This document shows, in pieces, positions 40,182 through 51,595 of a stretch of DNA of 64,000 nucleotides. The translations under genes were made by a program, and so were the position numbers. The notes under the pieces were generated by a model. The model saw nothing but the letters and a program-made list of their open reading frames with translations. It did no database searches and was not told the origin of the DNA. The DNA is from an uncultured delta proteobacterium (lineage in GTDB: Bacteria > Desulfobacterota > Syntrophia > Syntrophales > UBA2185), in the NCBI GenBank assembly GCA_963695875.1, contig CAVOID010000008.1, forward strand, positions 1-64,000, in the 5' to 3' direction. Each line of letters starts with the position of its first letter. Position 1 is the stretch's first letter.

Positions 40182-43100
40182 ATGCTTGAAACTATTTTAT
40201 TCATTTCTGTTTTATTGCAAGTAATAGCTGCCGTTTTGGCTTTGAGGCTGATAAGAATAACGGAAGTCCACGCCGCATGGATTCTAATTGCCTTAGGACT
40301 TGTTCTTATGGCAGCAGGGCGTGTCGTCGATGTTTTGCCTTTTTTTTCCATTGATATAACGCCTGGGATTAAGCTTCTAAATGATTGGCTTGATGTTTAT
40401 ATATCGATCGTGATGGTCACGGGTGTGTCCTTGATTGCCCCTCTCTTTTATGCCATAAGACGGAGTGAAGAAAGGTACCGGACACTCGTTGAAAACTTAA
40501 ATGTCGGGGTGTACAGAAGCACCGGTGACTACAAAGGGCGATATCTGCAGGTTAACCCAGCTATGATAAAGATATTCGGCTACGAATCGATAGAGGAATT
40601 CATGCGTATCCCTATTGTTAATATCTATAGGCAGCCACAGGACAGGAAAAAATTCCTCAGTAAGATCAAAGAATTTGGATATGTACGAAATGAGGAGTTA
40701 GATCTCCGTAAGAAAGATGGCACACCGGTCAAGGCTTCTGTTACAGCGACTGTCCAATATGACGAAAAAGGTGATATTAAATGGATTGATGGTGTCACGG
40801 AGGACATTACTGAACGGAAGCAGGCAGAGGAGGCCTTACGGGAAAGTGAGGAGAAGTATCGCTCGCTGGCAACCACCGCAGATTCCATGTATATGATAGA
40901 CAGGGATTTCAGATATATATTAATGAACGAAAGGCATTTATCAAGGTTTGGTCTTCCGTTGGATAAGGTTATAGGCAGAACTTACGGTGACTTCCATTCC
41001 GAGCAGGCTAATAAGGAGTTCGTTGAAATTGCAGAACATGTATTTGAATCCGGTATACCTGTCCAGCACGAGTATAGAAGTGAAAGAGACAATCAGTTCT
41101 TCCTCCGAACATTTAGTCCTGTCAAAAGTCCTGACGGAAAAGCAACAATAGCTGTAACAGTGGTTTCAAAAGACATTACTGACCGCAAACAGGTAGAGGA
41201 AAAACTTAAAGAAAGCGAGCAGCGATTACACAATGTGATTCAGGGTTCTCCGATCCCCGCATTTGTCATCGGGAAAGACCACAAAGTGTTATACTGGAAT
41301 ACGGCATTGGAGGAACTTACACGGCATCAAGGCGGAGGAAGTGATCGGTACAACGCAACAATGGAGGGCATTCTACGGCACTGAGAGGCCCTGTCTGGCG
41401 GATCTCTTGGTGGACCAGAATCTGGATGCGATTCCACAGTGGTATTTTGACAAGTATATCAAGTCGAAGTTGATAGAGGAGGCATATGAGGCAACGGACT
41501 TTTTCCCGGAACTGGGGGATAATGGGAAGTGGCTGAGTTTCACGGCAGCGGCCATCAGGAATTCTCACGGGGAGCTTGTTGGCGCCATAGAGACCCTTGA
41601 AGATGTTTCTGAACGCAAGCAGGCGGAAGAGGCACTCAGAAATAGTGAGCTAAGGCTGCAAAGCGTCATTCAGAGCTCCCCCATTCCCACCTTTGTCATC
41701 GGAAAGGATCACAGGGTAATATACTGGAACAAGGCGTTGGAGGAACTCAGCGGTATCAAGGCGGAAGAGGTTATCGGCACAACGCATTACTGGAGGGCCT
41801 TCTACAGCAAAGAGAGACCTGTTATGGCGGATCTGATCGTGGACCAGGCTCTGGAAGCGATTCCCCAGTGGTATTTTGAAAAGTACGTGAAGTCCCGGTT
41901 GTTGGATGAGGCATATGAGGCAACAGACTTTTTCCCGGAACTGGGGGAGACCGGGAAGTGGCTTCGTTTTACGGCGGCGGTGATCAGGGATTTTAAGGGG
42001 AATCTTGTTGGTGCTATTGAGACCCTTGAGGATGTAACAGAGCGCAAACGGGCAGAAGAAGAGTTAAGAAGAGTTGAGAAACTTGAATCTCTCGGGATCT
42101 TTGCTGGTGGAATAGCTCATGATTTCAATAATTTACTATCTGTAATGCTGCGTAATATATTTGCTGTAAAATTGTCTTTCACCGATGGACAGCAGGAAGT
42201 TTTAGAAGAAGAGATTGAGATAGCTGAGAAGGCTGGTCTTCAGGCAAAGGAACTGGCCCACCGTCTGATTACCTTTGCTAAAGGAGGAGAACCCGTAAGA
42301 AAAATTGGCTCCATCTCGCAATTGCTTGTGAATTCAGTTGATCTGTCCCTTAGCGGTTCTAATATCAGGTGTGAATTTTCCCTGCCCAATGATCTCTGGC
42401 CTGTGGAAATGGATGATGTGCAGATCCGGCAGGTAATCAATAATCTTGTCGTTAATGCCCGTGAAGCCATGCCCGAAGGGGGCAATATAATCATCCGTGC
42501 CGAAAATGTGAATGTGACAGCAGGTAACGGTCTACCCCTGAAGGAAGGCAAGTATGTAAAATGGTCCGTTAAAGATTACGGTATAGGTATTCCTCAAGAA
42601 GATTTGCAGAAGATATATGATCCTTATTTCACGACCAAGCCGACTGGTACCGCAAGGGGAATGGGGCTGGGACTCGCAATCTGTTATTCCATTATCAAGA
42701 AACACGATGGATTTATCGATGTTGAATCCGAACCAAGTGTCGGGTCTACCTTTTTTGTGTATTTGCCTGCGTCTCCTCAAGAAGGTTTCTTAAAAAAAGA
42801 TACAATGGATCAAACCGTTACAAAGGGAGGGAAAATTCTTGTCATGGACGATGAGGAGACGGTACGCAGTGCAACAGGTATTGTCCTCAATTATCTTGGG
42901 TATGAAGTCGAATATGCAAAAAACGGAAATGAAGCTGTGGGACTTTATAGAACAGCAAAAGAAAAGGAACAGCCCTTTTCTGCGGTAATACTAGATTTAC
43001 ATGTACTGGGTGGCATGGGGGGCAAGGAGACCATGAATGAGTTATTAGCAATAGATCCATATGTCAAAGCCATCATAACATGCGGTTACTCTGATGAACC

Positions 43101-43200
43101 GAATATTTCAGAATTCAGGAAACAAGGATTCTGCCGGCCCATAGATGTTCCGTATGATATTGAAAAGATGAAGGAAATACTAGACGATCTATTGAAGTAA
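40182..43200 (+). CDS. Membrane-bound multi-PAS hybrid sensor histidine kinase; +1 frameshift near 41320
   Basis: 3 TM segments, four PAS/PAC domains, H-box IAHDFNNLL, NLVVNAREAM, PYFTTK, GLGL, C-terminal receiver domain. Confidence 0.9.
41210..42060 (+). repeat. Tandem 429-nt duplication encoding two near-identical PAS/PAC domains
   Basis: For example GCATATGAGGCAAC.GACTTTTTCCCGGAACTGGGGGA at 41482 and 41911. Confidence 0.85.
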
Positions 43201-43311
43201 CATCTTATCCCACCACTTTTACTTTTTCGCCTCGACGTACTTCTTGTTCAATCAATTGCACCACAGGTAAAAAATCTTTGCGTCCTTAGTTTAATTACGT
43301 TAAAAAATGCA

Positions 43312-44199
43312 ATGGATGAATTAATTGATTATTACTTAAATTTTCTTGCAGTTGAAAAAGGGGCTTCCCGACTTACATTGGACGCCTATAGTCGCGATTT
43401 GAACAGATACATTAGCTTTATCAAGAATCATGGTATTCAAACAATTGTGGATATTACACCCGATGATGTCATTTCTTATCTGGCACAAGTCAGCAAGGAA
43501 GGGCTTAATGCGAGATCTGTGAATAGGGGGCTCGCAGCCATAAGAGGATTCTACAAGTTCCTCCTACGTGAGAAAAAAATTGACACTAACCCTGTAGCAA
43601 ATATAGAACTAGCAAAGGTTTGGACACGACTTCCGGATACATTGAGCCAGGAGGAAATGAACCTGCTTCTGGCTCAGCCAGGCATAAAAACCCCTGCTGC
43701 CGTTCGGGATACGGCTATGATGGAGCTGATGTATGCAACGGGAATTCGCGTCTCGGAATTGATTTCTTTGACCATGAATAATATTAAGTGGCAGATAAGA
43801 ATTCTGGTTGTTATGGGAAAGGGCAGCAAAGAACGCATTGTTCCCATAGGAAGATCGGCGTATGATAGCCTGCAGGAATATATAGATCAGGCAAGACCAC
43901 ATTTTATAAAGGGACAGAGAACGAATATCATCTTTCTCAATAGATCGGGAGAAGGATTTACACGTCAGGGTTTCTGGAAGATTGTGAAAAGGTACGCAAA
44001 CAAAGCCGGTTTTCAAAAAAAGGTCCATCCACATACTTTCAGACACTCTTTTGCATCTCATTTACTCGAAGGAGGGGCCGATCTTCGCTCTGTTCAGATT
44101 ATGCTCGGGCATGCAGATATATCAACGACACAAATATATACACACATTACTCGTGAAAGATTGAAATGCATTCATAAGCAGTACCATCCAAGAGGTTGA
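43312..44199 (+). CDS. xerD: Site-specific tyrosine recombinase XerD
   Basis: AYSRDL, YATGIRVSEL, GKGSKER, TRQGFW, HTFRHSFASHLL.GGADLRSVQ.MLGHADISTTQIYTH motifs. Confidence 0.93.
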   Translation: MDELIDYYLNFLAVEKGASRLTLDAYSRDLNRYISFIKNHGIQTIVDITPDDVISYLAQVSKEGLNARSVNRGLAAIRGFYKFLLREKKIDTNPVANIELAKVWTRLPDTLSQEEMNLLLAQPGIKTPAAVRDTAMMELMYATGIRVSELISLTMNNIKWQIRILVVMGKGSKERIVPIGRSAYDSLQEYIDQARPHFIKGQRTNIIFLNRSGEGFTRQGFWKIVKRYANKAGFQKKVHPHTFRHSFASHLLEGGADLRSVQIMLGHADISTTQIYTHITRERLKCIHKQYHPRG

Positions 44200-44206
44200 T
44201 AAAGGG

Positions 44207-46243
44207 ATGCAAAGGCAAATCATGGAAAATAACATACCGAATAGAAAAGGGAAGAGATCTGAGAGGCCGAATAAGCGTCCCATTATTGTGGGAAGTATAT
44301 TAGCTGTGGCTGTGGTACTTGTTGTTTCCTGGATTTCTGTCAATTATCTTTTTTTTGAGAAAGTACGTGAGTCTCCTATTAGTCTTATAAGACTAAAAAA
44401 CATGTTTTCATTTGTCTTTCTCGGGGACAAACCGGAGTTATATTATTTGGATATAGAAAAAAGCGGAAAAGACTATAAACTGAGAAAGGGTGATATTTTT
44501 GATGTTTCTTATCGTGATGAATTTGTTGTCAAAGACATTTCTACAGATGTTTTTTTCGGTCGTGGAATATCAGTAAATGTTGAAGGTTTCGGTGAACAGG
44601 ATCATTTCAGGGTGATGCTCAGAGGTATTGATCTGGTTGATAAAATTCTCATGGCCCGTGGGAAGAGCATGGATAAAGCAGCAATTGAAGCTGGTAGTAT
44701 TATAGTTAAATATCACGACAAGACCATTGCATCCATTCCGATGAGAGTCATTGTTACACCCCAGGATTGGCTTAGATATGCTAAAAATTCGGAGAATCAA
44801 CTCGCGCAGATCGAGTATCTCAAAAGGGCTATAGCCATGAATAAAAATGACATAGGCGTCCGAAAGATGCTGGCAGCACTCTATTATCGATCAGGCAATT
44901 TAGATAAAGCAATTGTTCAGTATAACAGTATTATCACAATGAAGCCCGATGATGTTACGGCTTTAATAGAGCTTATGAAGTGTTATATTGCTGCTAAGGA
45001 CAATAATAAAGCGATCAAGACGGGCGTTAAGTTGCTTAAAATAAGTCCCCAAAATGCCTCTGTCTATGCCAATATTGCGTATGCATACAGCAATACTGGA
45101 GCTTGGGAGAAGGCCATTGTTAACTATAAGGAGTCGTTGAGGTTAAATCCTAATGACATAGAGGTGCGATTTAAACTTGGAGAGGCTTATGAGAAAGCCA
45201 AAGATTTTAAAGGTGCAATTGAACAGTATAAGTATGCCTCGTCAAAGGCACGAGAATCTGAGCATGTAATGATTGCGTTGGCTGGTGCCTACCTTAAGTC
45301 CGGAAACTATGATGACTCTATAAGATTGTATAGGGAAATTATTGCAAGGCAGCCAAGAAATGCCTCGGCCTATGCGAACTTGGGCGTTGCCTATGGTGGA
45401 AAGGGACAGTGGAAGGAAGAAGTGGAGAATTATAAGAAGTCAATCTCACTAAATCCAAAAGATCATGTTGTTCACTTTAATCTTGCTGCTGCCTATGAAA
45501 AGAGAAGCCAGGATCAGGAAGCATATCGTGAGTATCAAAATATACTGAGGATAAACCCGGGTAATCTTGAAGCCCTCATTAGATTGGCAGACATCGACTT
45601 TAAGAATAAACGTTACGGTGACGCTATCAGACTTTATGAGAAACTTGTGAAATCCTCACCCCCAAAAGCATCCATTTATGCTAATCTTGGATTTGCGTAC
45701 GGAGAACTTAAAAAATACAAACAGTCTTCTGAAAACTATGAGAAGTCAATTAAGTATGGGACAAAAGATCCGCAGGTCTATAATAATCTTGCTTTTACAT
45801 ATGGTAAACTTGGCAGGACGAAAGACGCAATTCGAGAATATGAAAGATTTGCTATCTCTCATCCTACCATAGAAGTTTTGGATATCTTGGCGGATTATTA
45901 TATGAAGGAAAGGCATTATGAAAACGCCATTAAAACTTATAAGAAAATGACGACCCTCAATCCTAAGAGGGCGTCTACTTACTCAAGTCTCGGGTATGTA
46001 TACGGCCTTAAGAATGATATCGATAAGGAAATTCAATATTACAAAATTTCACTGCAGCATGATGCGGAGGATGATGATGTTTATTTAAATCTGGGAGCGG
46101 CATATGAAAAGAAGGGGATGTATCAGGATGCCCTCAAAGCATATACAACTGCCTATGAGTTGAATCCTGATTCGAGTAACGCTGCTAAAAAAATTCCTGC
46201 ACTAAAAATCAAGCTATTGCAACAAAAGCATAAGGCATCATGA
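44207..46243 (+). CDS. Membrane-anchored tetratricopeptide repeat protein
   Basis: N-terminal TM segment and about 13 TPR repeats (e.g. AYANLGVAYG..G). Confidence 0.85.
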   Translation: MQRQIMENNIPNRKGKRSERPNKRPIIVGSILAVAVVLVVSWISVNYLFFEKVRESPISLIRLKNMFSFVFLGDKPELYYLDIEKSGKDYKLRKGDIFDVSYRDEFVVKDISTDVFFGRGISVNVEGFGEQDHFRVMLRGIDLVDKILMARGKSMDKAAIEAGSIIVKYHDKTIASIPMRVIVTPQDWLRYAKNSENQLAQIEYLKRAIAMNKNDIGVRKMLAALYYRSGNLDKAIVQYNSIITMKPDDVTALIELMKCYIAAKDNNKAIKTGVKLLKISPQNASVYANIAYAYSNTGAWEKAIVNYKESLRLNPNDIEVRFKLGEAYEKAKDFKGAIEQYKYASSKARESEHVMIALAGAYLKSGNYDDSIRLYREIIARQPRNASAYANLGVAYGGKGQWKEEVENYKKSISLNPKDHVVHFNLAAAYEKRSQDQEAYREYQNILRINPGNLEALIRLADIDFKNKRYGDAIRLYEKLVKSSPPKASIYANLGFAYGELKKYKQSSENYEKSIKYGTKDPQVYNNLAFTYGKLGRTKDAIREYERFAISHPTIEVLDILADYYMKERHYENAIKTYKKMTTLNPKRASTYSSLGYVYGLKNDIDKEIQYYKISLQHDAEDDDVYLNLGAAYEKKGMYQDALKAYTTAYELNPDSSNAAKKIPALKIKLLQQKHKAS

Positions 46244-46321
46244 CTCAAGAAATAGAAGCAGGGGAACTGACGGGCCAAGAAAAAATACTATCATGTTGTC
46301 AGAATGGAGAAGGGGTAAAGA

Positions 46322-47164
46322 ATGATGAGGAAGATTATTCTGGATGATGTGATCATTGGAGACGGGGCTCCATTTGTTCTGATTGCAGGTCCTTGTGTCA
46401 TTGAAGAAGAAGAGATTACGAGGGAAATTGCACTGTTTCTCAAAAACATTACCGGACAATTGAAAATACCTTTCATATTCAAAGCATCATATGACAAAGC
46501 AAACAGGACGTCCGTGGATTCTTTCAGAGGACCTGGCATTACAAAGGGACTTCAGATTTTAGCTGCTATAAAAAAGGATTTTGGTGTCCATATCCTTTCA
46601 GATGTGCATCGCTTTGAAGAAATAAAGCCGGCTGCAGAGGTTATTGACGTGGTACAGATACCGGCTTTTCTATGCCGACAGACTGACTTTGTCATCGAAG
46701 TTGCCATTAATGCAAAGATCGTTAATATCAAAAAGGGTCAGTTTCTTGCTCCGTGGGATGTAAAGAATATACTTGAAAAGGCATCGTCAACGGGGAACGA
46801 AAATATAATGATAACGGAAAGAGGAGCAACTTTTGGATACAATAATCTTGTGGCCGATTATCGCTCGCTCCCCATATTAAGAGAGATGGGTTATCCCGTG
46901 ATATTCGATGCTACACACAGTGTTCAATTACCCGGAGGAATGGGCACTGCTTCCGGCGGCCAGAACGATATGGTTCCCTATCTTTCGCGGGCAGCCGTTG
47001 CGGTTGGAGTTGATGGCCTCTTCTTGGAAGTGCACCCAAATCCTGAATGTGCTAAGTGCGATGGTCCAAATTCAGTGCGACTTGACTCACTTTCTGATCT
47101 CCTTTGTACACTAATGGAGATTGACGCGATAATCAAAAGAAAGATGAATATTGAGAAAAAGTAA
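46322..47164 (+). CDS. kdsA: KDO8P synthase
   Basis: IAGPCVIE, KASYDKANRTS, PAFLCRQTD, FDATHSVQ motifs. Confidence 0.96.
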   Translation: MMRKIILDDVIIGDGAPFVLIAGPCVIEEEEITREIALFLKNITGQLKIPFIFKASYDKANRTSVDSFRGPGITKGLQILAAIKKDFGVHILSDVHRFEEIKPAAEVIDVVQIPAFLCRQTDFVIEVAINAKIVNIKKGQFLAPWDVKNILEKASSTGNENIMITERGATFGYNNLVADYRSLPILREMGYPVIFDATHSVQLPGGMGTASGGQNDMVPYLSRAAVAVGVDGLFLEVHPNPECAKCDGPNSVRLDSLSDLLCTLMEIDAIIKRKMNIEKK

Positions 47165-47177
47165 AAGCGGGGTAGGT

Positions 47178-47723
47178 ATGGTAAACGTGGTTGTGGATAA
47201 GGTGTTGACTGATAAGATTAGAACAATCTGTCTCCTGGTTCTGGATGTTGACGGAGTCATGACGGATGGGAAAATAATAATTGATGACCTGGGGCGGGAA
47301 ACTAAAAATTTTGATGTGAAGGATGGGCACGGGATCAAGATATTGATGAGGTATGGTATTGATGTCATCCTGTTGACAGGAAGGCGATCAGTTGCAGTTG
47401 ATCATCGTGCCAAAGATCTAGGTATCGTAGAGGTTCATCAGGGTGTTCTTAACAAGCTAGAAATCTTCGAGGAGATTCTCCAAAAAAGGTCTCTGCATTA
47501 CGAAAATATAGCATTCATCGGAGACGATATAGTAGATATCCCTCTGCTAAAGAGGGTCGGTTTCTCTGTTGCTGTAGCTGATGCGTCTGAAGATGTTAAG
47601 AAATGTGTTGACTATAATACAAAAAAAACTGGCGGGGATGGTGCCGTGAGGGAAGTGTGTGAGCTCATACTACGGGCCCAGGGCAAATGGGTTGATGTGG
47701 CAAAAATGTATGAGTTTCTTTAG
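47178..47723 (+). CDS. kdsC: KDO8P phosphatase (HAD)
   Basis: LDVDGVMTDG, GDDIVD, GG.GAVREVCE motifs. Confidence 0.92.
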   Translation: MVNVVVDKVLTDKIRTICLLVLDVDGVMTDGKIIIDDLGRETKNFDVKDGHGIKILMRYGIDVILLTGRRSVAVDHRAKDLGIVEVHQGVLNKLEIFEEILQKRSLHYENIAFIGDDIVDIPLLKRVGFSVAVADASEDVKKCVDYNTKKTGGDGAVREVCELILRAQGKWVDVAKMYEFL

Positions 47724-47926
47724 ATTATAAAATGGTTAGTAAATAATGCTTTCGCAAAAAGTTGAGTATTTAATAGAGAATGGACTTGTTGTGATACCGT
47801 GAGTGGGTGCGTTTGAACTTTACATATCGGAAAACGGATGATATAAAAAAAGAAAGGCTTTGAAGGAATTATTCTCATGATAAATAAGTGAGAATATAAA
47901 AATGACTTTCTAAGAAAAGCAGGATA

Positions 47927-48478
47927 ATGAAGTTTAATAAAAGGATAATTATAATCACCATGGTGATTGCCATAGTTGTTTCAGTGGCGGCTGTTATAAT
48001 GATTATGGACAGTAGAGACTCTTCCCAAGGCCCCCCGCTTATGATCATGTCGGACAATGTCGATCTCCAGGTTAAGAATATTAACTATACGGATGTAGGA
48101 GATTCAGGCTTAAAATGGGAGATCAAAGCGTATAGTGCCAAGTACCTTAAAAGTGAAAACCTTGCCATGTTTGATCAGGTAAGGGTCAAACTCGTAATGG
48201 AAGATGGAAGGGTCATTATTATGACAGGCGATAAAGCTAAGTTACGCACGGATACAAAGGATATGGAAATTTCCGGGAACGTGAAGATTGTCTCTGATAA
48301 GGGTGATAACCTGACTACAGACATTTTGAAATATTCAGGTTCAGAACGACGACTTTATACTGAAGCTGCTGTTACAATGGAAAATGACCGCATGCAGGTT
48401 AGAGGCGTGGGGATGAACATTTCGTTAGAAGATAAGGATGTCGCTTTATTATCCAGAGTGAAGGCCCATGTAAAATAG
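47927..48478 (+). CDS. lptC: LPS export protein LptC
   Basis: N-terminal TM segment, beta-jellyroll-like sequence, position between kdsC and lptA. Confidence 0.82.
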   Translation: MKFNKRIIIITMVIAIVVSVAAVIMIMDSRDSSQGPPLMIMSDNVDLQVKNINYTDVGDSGLKWEIKAYSAKYLKSENLAMFDQVRVKLVMEDGRVIIMTGDKAKLRTDTKDMEISGNVKIVSDKGDNLTTDILKYSGSERRLYTEAAVTMENDRMQVRGVGMNISLEDKDVALLSRVKAHVK

Positions 48479-48538
48479 TGCGACCGGGAGTGTATTTGGC
48501 TAGTACTAAACCAGGGGCATAGTGCTTCATGACTATAT

Positions 48539-49105
48539 ATGGACTTTGATATGAGAAATAAAATAATCATTTCTTTGATACTGACTTTTGTAACTTTTTC
48601 ATATTTGGGAGCCAAGGAAATTGATGCGAAGAAGAAACCAAAAATAGACAGGGATCAACCGATACAGATTGTTTCTAAACGCATGGATGCTTACAATGAA
48701 GAAAGAATGGTAGTCTTTTCGGGAAATGCAGTAGCCACACAGGGGGATAAAGTTATAAAATCGGACCGTCTCTTGTTTTATTATAAAAAAGATTCACGGG
48801 TGCCTGAAAAGACTGGTTCCCAGAATATCGGGAGCACCGGAGATTTGGAGAAAATTGAAGCGAAAGGTCATGTTACAATAACGCAGGGTCAGAGGGTTGT
48901 AACAGGTGAAAATGCTGTTTTTTATCAAGATTCACAAGAGATTATTGTGACAGGTAGTGCTGTAATGAGTGAGGGGAAAAACGTCATTCAGGGTGACAGG
49001 ATAGTGGTATATCTTAATGAAGACAGGGGTGTTGTTGAAGGCCTTGAAAAAAACAGAGTTAATGCTACAATATATCCTGAGGACAGGAAAGACAAAAAAA
49101 AATAG
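48539..49105 (+). CDS. lptA: LPS transport periplasmic protein LptA
   Basis: Signal peptide, PIQIVS, FSGNAVATQG, IEAKGHV motifs. Confidence 0.87.
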   Translation: MDFDMRNKIIISLILTFVTFSYLGAKEIDAKKKPKIDRDQPIQIVSKRMDAYNEERMVVFSGNAVATQGDKVIKSDRLLFYYKKDSRVPEKTGSQNIGSTGDLEKIEAKGHVTITQGQRVVTGENAVFYQDSQEIIVTGSAVMSEGKNVIQGDRIVVYLNEDRGVVEGLEKNRVNATIYPEDRKDKKK

Positions 49106-49172
49106 AACGCCTGCTGCAGAATTTTTCAAGTTTCGTCATGTTAATGCGATAGATCACAAGCGTATAAATGGT

Positions 49173-49320
49173 GACGACTTCGTAAAAAGTCCCTCTGCTT
49201 TCGCAGAGGCAGTCGCCTGTTGCGTTGCGCTTCATGTCTCGTCTTTGCAGCGGAAGTCTGTTAACTACTCATTCCCGGGTATTTGCGCACCTTACCTCTG
49301 GGGTTTTTTACAATACGATC
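49173..49320. repeat. Degenerate ~150-bp intergenic element with terminal inverted repeats (REP/MITE-like)
   Basis: GTAAAAAGTCC (49182-49192) / GGGTTTTTTAC (49301-49311), with internal hairpin CCTCTGC..GCAGAGG. Confidence 0.4.
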
Positions 49321-49347
49321 AAGTTGATATACAGGTGTTTTGAATTA

Positions 49348-50070
49348 ATGGAACAACTATCAGCGAAAGGATTGGTGAAAAATTATGGGAGCAGGGTCGT
49401 CGTTAATAAGGTTGACTTGGAAATAAATCCTGGGGAAGTTGTAGGTCTTTTAGGTCCAAATGGAGCGGGTAAAACTACTACATTTTATATCATTGTCGGT
49501 TTAATATGGCCGGATAGCGGTAGAATCTTTTTAAACGGAGATGATGTAAGTAAATGTCCTATGTACATCCGGGCAAGAAAAGGATTAAATTACTTACCCC
49601 AGGAACCTTCAATATTCAGAAAGCTGAGCGTGGAAGAAAACATCATGGCAATTCTCGAGACACTGAATATAGATAAAAGGGAGAGAAAAAGACGACTGGA
49701 AGAGCTGCTTGGAGAACTCGATATTTCCCATCTGGCAAAAGCTCGTGCATATTCTTTGTCAGGTGGAGAAAGAAGGCGGGTCGAGATTACAAGGGCTCTC
49801 GTCACATCTCCTATGTATATTCTCCTTGATGAACCATTTGCAGGGATTGATCCTCTAGCCGTGGCGGACATTCAGCGAATCATATTTAAACTGAAATCTA
49901 AAGGGATCGGTGTTGTCATATCCGATCACAATGTAAGAGAAACACTCTCCGTTTGTGACAGGGCCTACATCGTCAATGAGGGAACTGTTATGGTGGAAGG
50001 TGATCCCGAGACGATAGCCAATTGCGAAATTGCACGAAAAATTTATTTGGGAGAGGATTTTTACCTCTGA
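49348..50070 (+). CDS. lptB: LPS export ABC transporter ATPase LptB
   Basis: GPNGAGKTT, YLPQE.SIFRKL, LSGGERRR, LDEPFAGIDP, DHNVRETL motifs. Confidence 0.95.
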   Translation: MEQLSAKGLVKNYGSRVVVNKVDLEINPGEVVGLLGPNGAGKTTTFYIIVGLIWPDSGRIFLNGDDVSKCPMYIRARKGLNYLPQEPSIFRKLSVEENIMAILETLNIDKRERKRRLEELLGELDISHLAKARAYSLSGGERRRVEITRALVTSPMYILLDEPFAGIDPLAVADIQRIIFKLKSKGIGVVISDHNVRETLSVCDRAYIVNEGTVMVEGDPETIANCEIARKIYLGEDFYL

Positions 50071-50131
50071 AAAATTGCTATGCTTAAAAAGGGAAAAAAC
50101 AATAATATAGTTGTAGTTAGGCATTAAAGAA

Positions 50132-51595
50132 ATGGCATTTGAACTCAAACAGAACCTGAAATTGACTCAACAATTGGTTATGACACCTCAGTTGCAGCAG
50201 GCAATAAAGCTTTTGCAACTCTCGAGACTGGAAATGACCGAACTGATCAGCCAGGAAATGGAAGAAAATCCATTACTCGAAGAGGTAGTATCAGAAGAAT
50301 ACCCGGAAAATGAAGCTATTCCGGAAAGCGATGCCGTAGAAATAGCTGATCGGGAAGAAATAAAAACGATTGAGCGCACGGAAGAGATTACAGGAGAGGG
50401 CGATGGCAAGGAGGAGTTTGACTGGAATAGTTATCTTGAGGATTATGGACCCACTGGAGTGAGGTATGATCGGAAGGATGATGAAGCGCCTTCGTGGGAT
50501 AATATGTTGATGGCAAAACCGTCTTTGACGGATCATCTTATGTGGCAGCTTAAACTATCCCGTTTTACGGACTCTGAAATGAAAATTGGGGAACAGGTAA
50601 TTGGAAACCTTGATAGTAATGGATATCTGGTAGCGTCCACTGAGGAAATCGCAGCCCAAGAGGGGGTTGATGAAGGGTTTGTTGAAGGTGTTTTGAAGAA
50701 AATTCAGGAGTTTGACCCCCCGGGCATTGCAGCGAGGGACATTAAGGAATGTCTTCTAATTCAAGCCAAAATTCTCGGTGTGTCAACACCCCTTGTAGAG
50801 ATGCTTATAAAAGAACACCTGAAAGACCTTGAAACAAAAAACTATACTAACATATCAAGAAAGTTAAAGGTTCCACTGGCTGAAATACTACAAGCTGTCG
50901 TTGTAATAAGCAGCATGGATCCTAAGCCAGGGAGTGTCTATAACGAAGAAAGGATAGATACTATTACTCCGGATGTATATGTTTTCAAGGCAGGTGATGA
51001 ATATAAAATTGTTCTGAATGATGATGGGTTGCCGAAGCTGAGAATCAGCAATTTTTACAAAGAGATTATGGGTGATGTAGGCATGTACCCAGATGCAGAA
51101 AATAGCAAAAAATATATCAGGGAAAGGATGCAATCAGCAACGTGGTTGATAAAGAGTATTCAGCAAAGGCAAAGAACAATATACAAAGTAACGGAAAGTA
51201 TCGTAAAATTACAAAGAGACTTTTTTGATAAAGGAATAAATTGTTTAAGACCACTGGTACTCAGAGATATTGCAGATGATGTGGAAATGCATGAGTCAAC
51301 GATAAGCCGAGTAGTGACAAACAAGTATATGCATACGCCCAGGGGTATATTCGAACTGAAGTATTTCTTCAGCAGCAGAATACAGAAAACAAGCGGCGAA
51401 GCTGTTGCATCGAAGAGTGTCAAAGAAGAAATAAAAAAGATCGTAAGCGGTGAAGACCCGAAGAAGCCATACAGTGACAGTGACATCGTTGATCTTCTCA
51501 AAAAGTCGGGCATATCTATTGCGAGGAGGACCGTTGCAAAATACAGAGAAATGATGGGCGTTCTGCCATCTTCCAAGAGGAAAAAGTATTTTTAA
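50132..51595 (+). CDS. rpoN: RNA polymerase sigma54 factor
   Basis: TPQLQQAIKLLQL, HESTISR, RpoN box ARRTVAKYRE. Confidence 0.97.
   Translation: MAFELKQNLKLTQQLVMTPQLQQAIKLLQLSRLEMTELISQEMEENPLLEEVVSEEYPENEAIPESDAVEIADREEIKTIERTEEITGEGDGKEEFDWNSYLEDYGPTGVRYDRKDDEAPSWDNMLMAKPSLTDHLMWQLKLSRFTDSEMKIGEQVIGNLDSNGYLVASTEEIAAQEGVDEGFVEGVLKKIQEFDPPGIAARDIKECLLIQAKILGVSTPLVEMLIKEHLKDLETKNYTNISRKLKVPLAEILQAVVVISSMDPKPGSVYNEERIDTITPDVYVFKAGDEYKIVLNDDGLPKLRISNFYKEIMGDVGMYPDAENSKKYIRERMQSATWLIKSIQQRQRTIYKVTESIVKLQRDFFDKGINCLRPLVLRDIADDVEMHESTISRVVTNKYMHTPRGIFELKYFFSSRIQKTSGEAVASKSVKEEIKKIVSGEDPKKPYSDSDIVDLLKKSGISIARRTVAKYREMMGVLPSSKRKKYF

Noticed and set aside
43312..44199. Tyrosine recombinase as a prophage or island integrase
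   Set aside because: Sequence is typical housekeeping XerD, and no att repeats or cargo were seen. Neither tRNA shows a duplicated 3' end.
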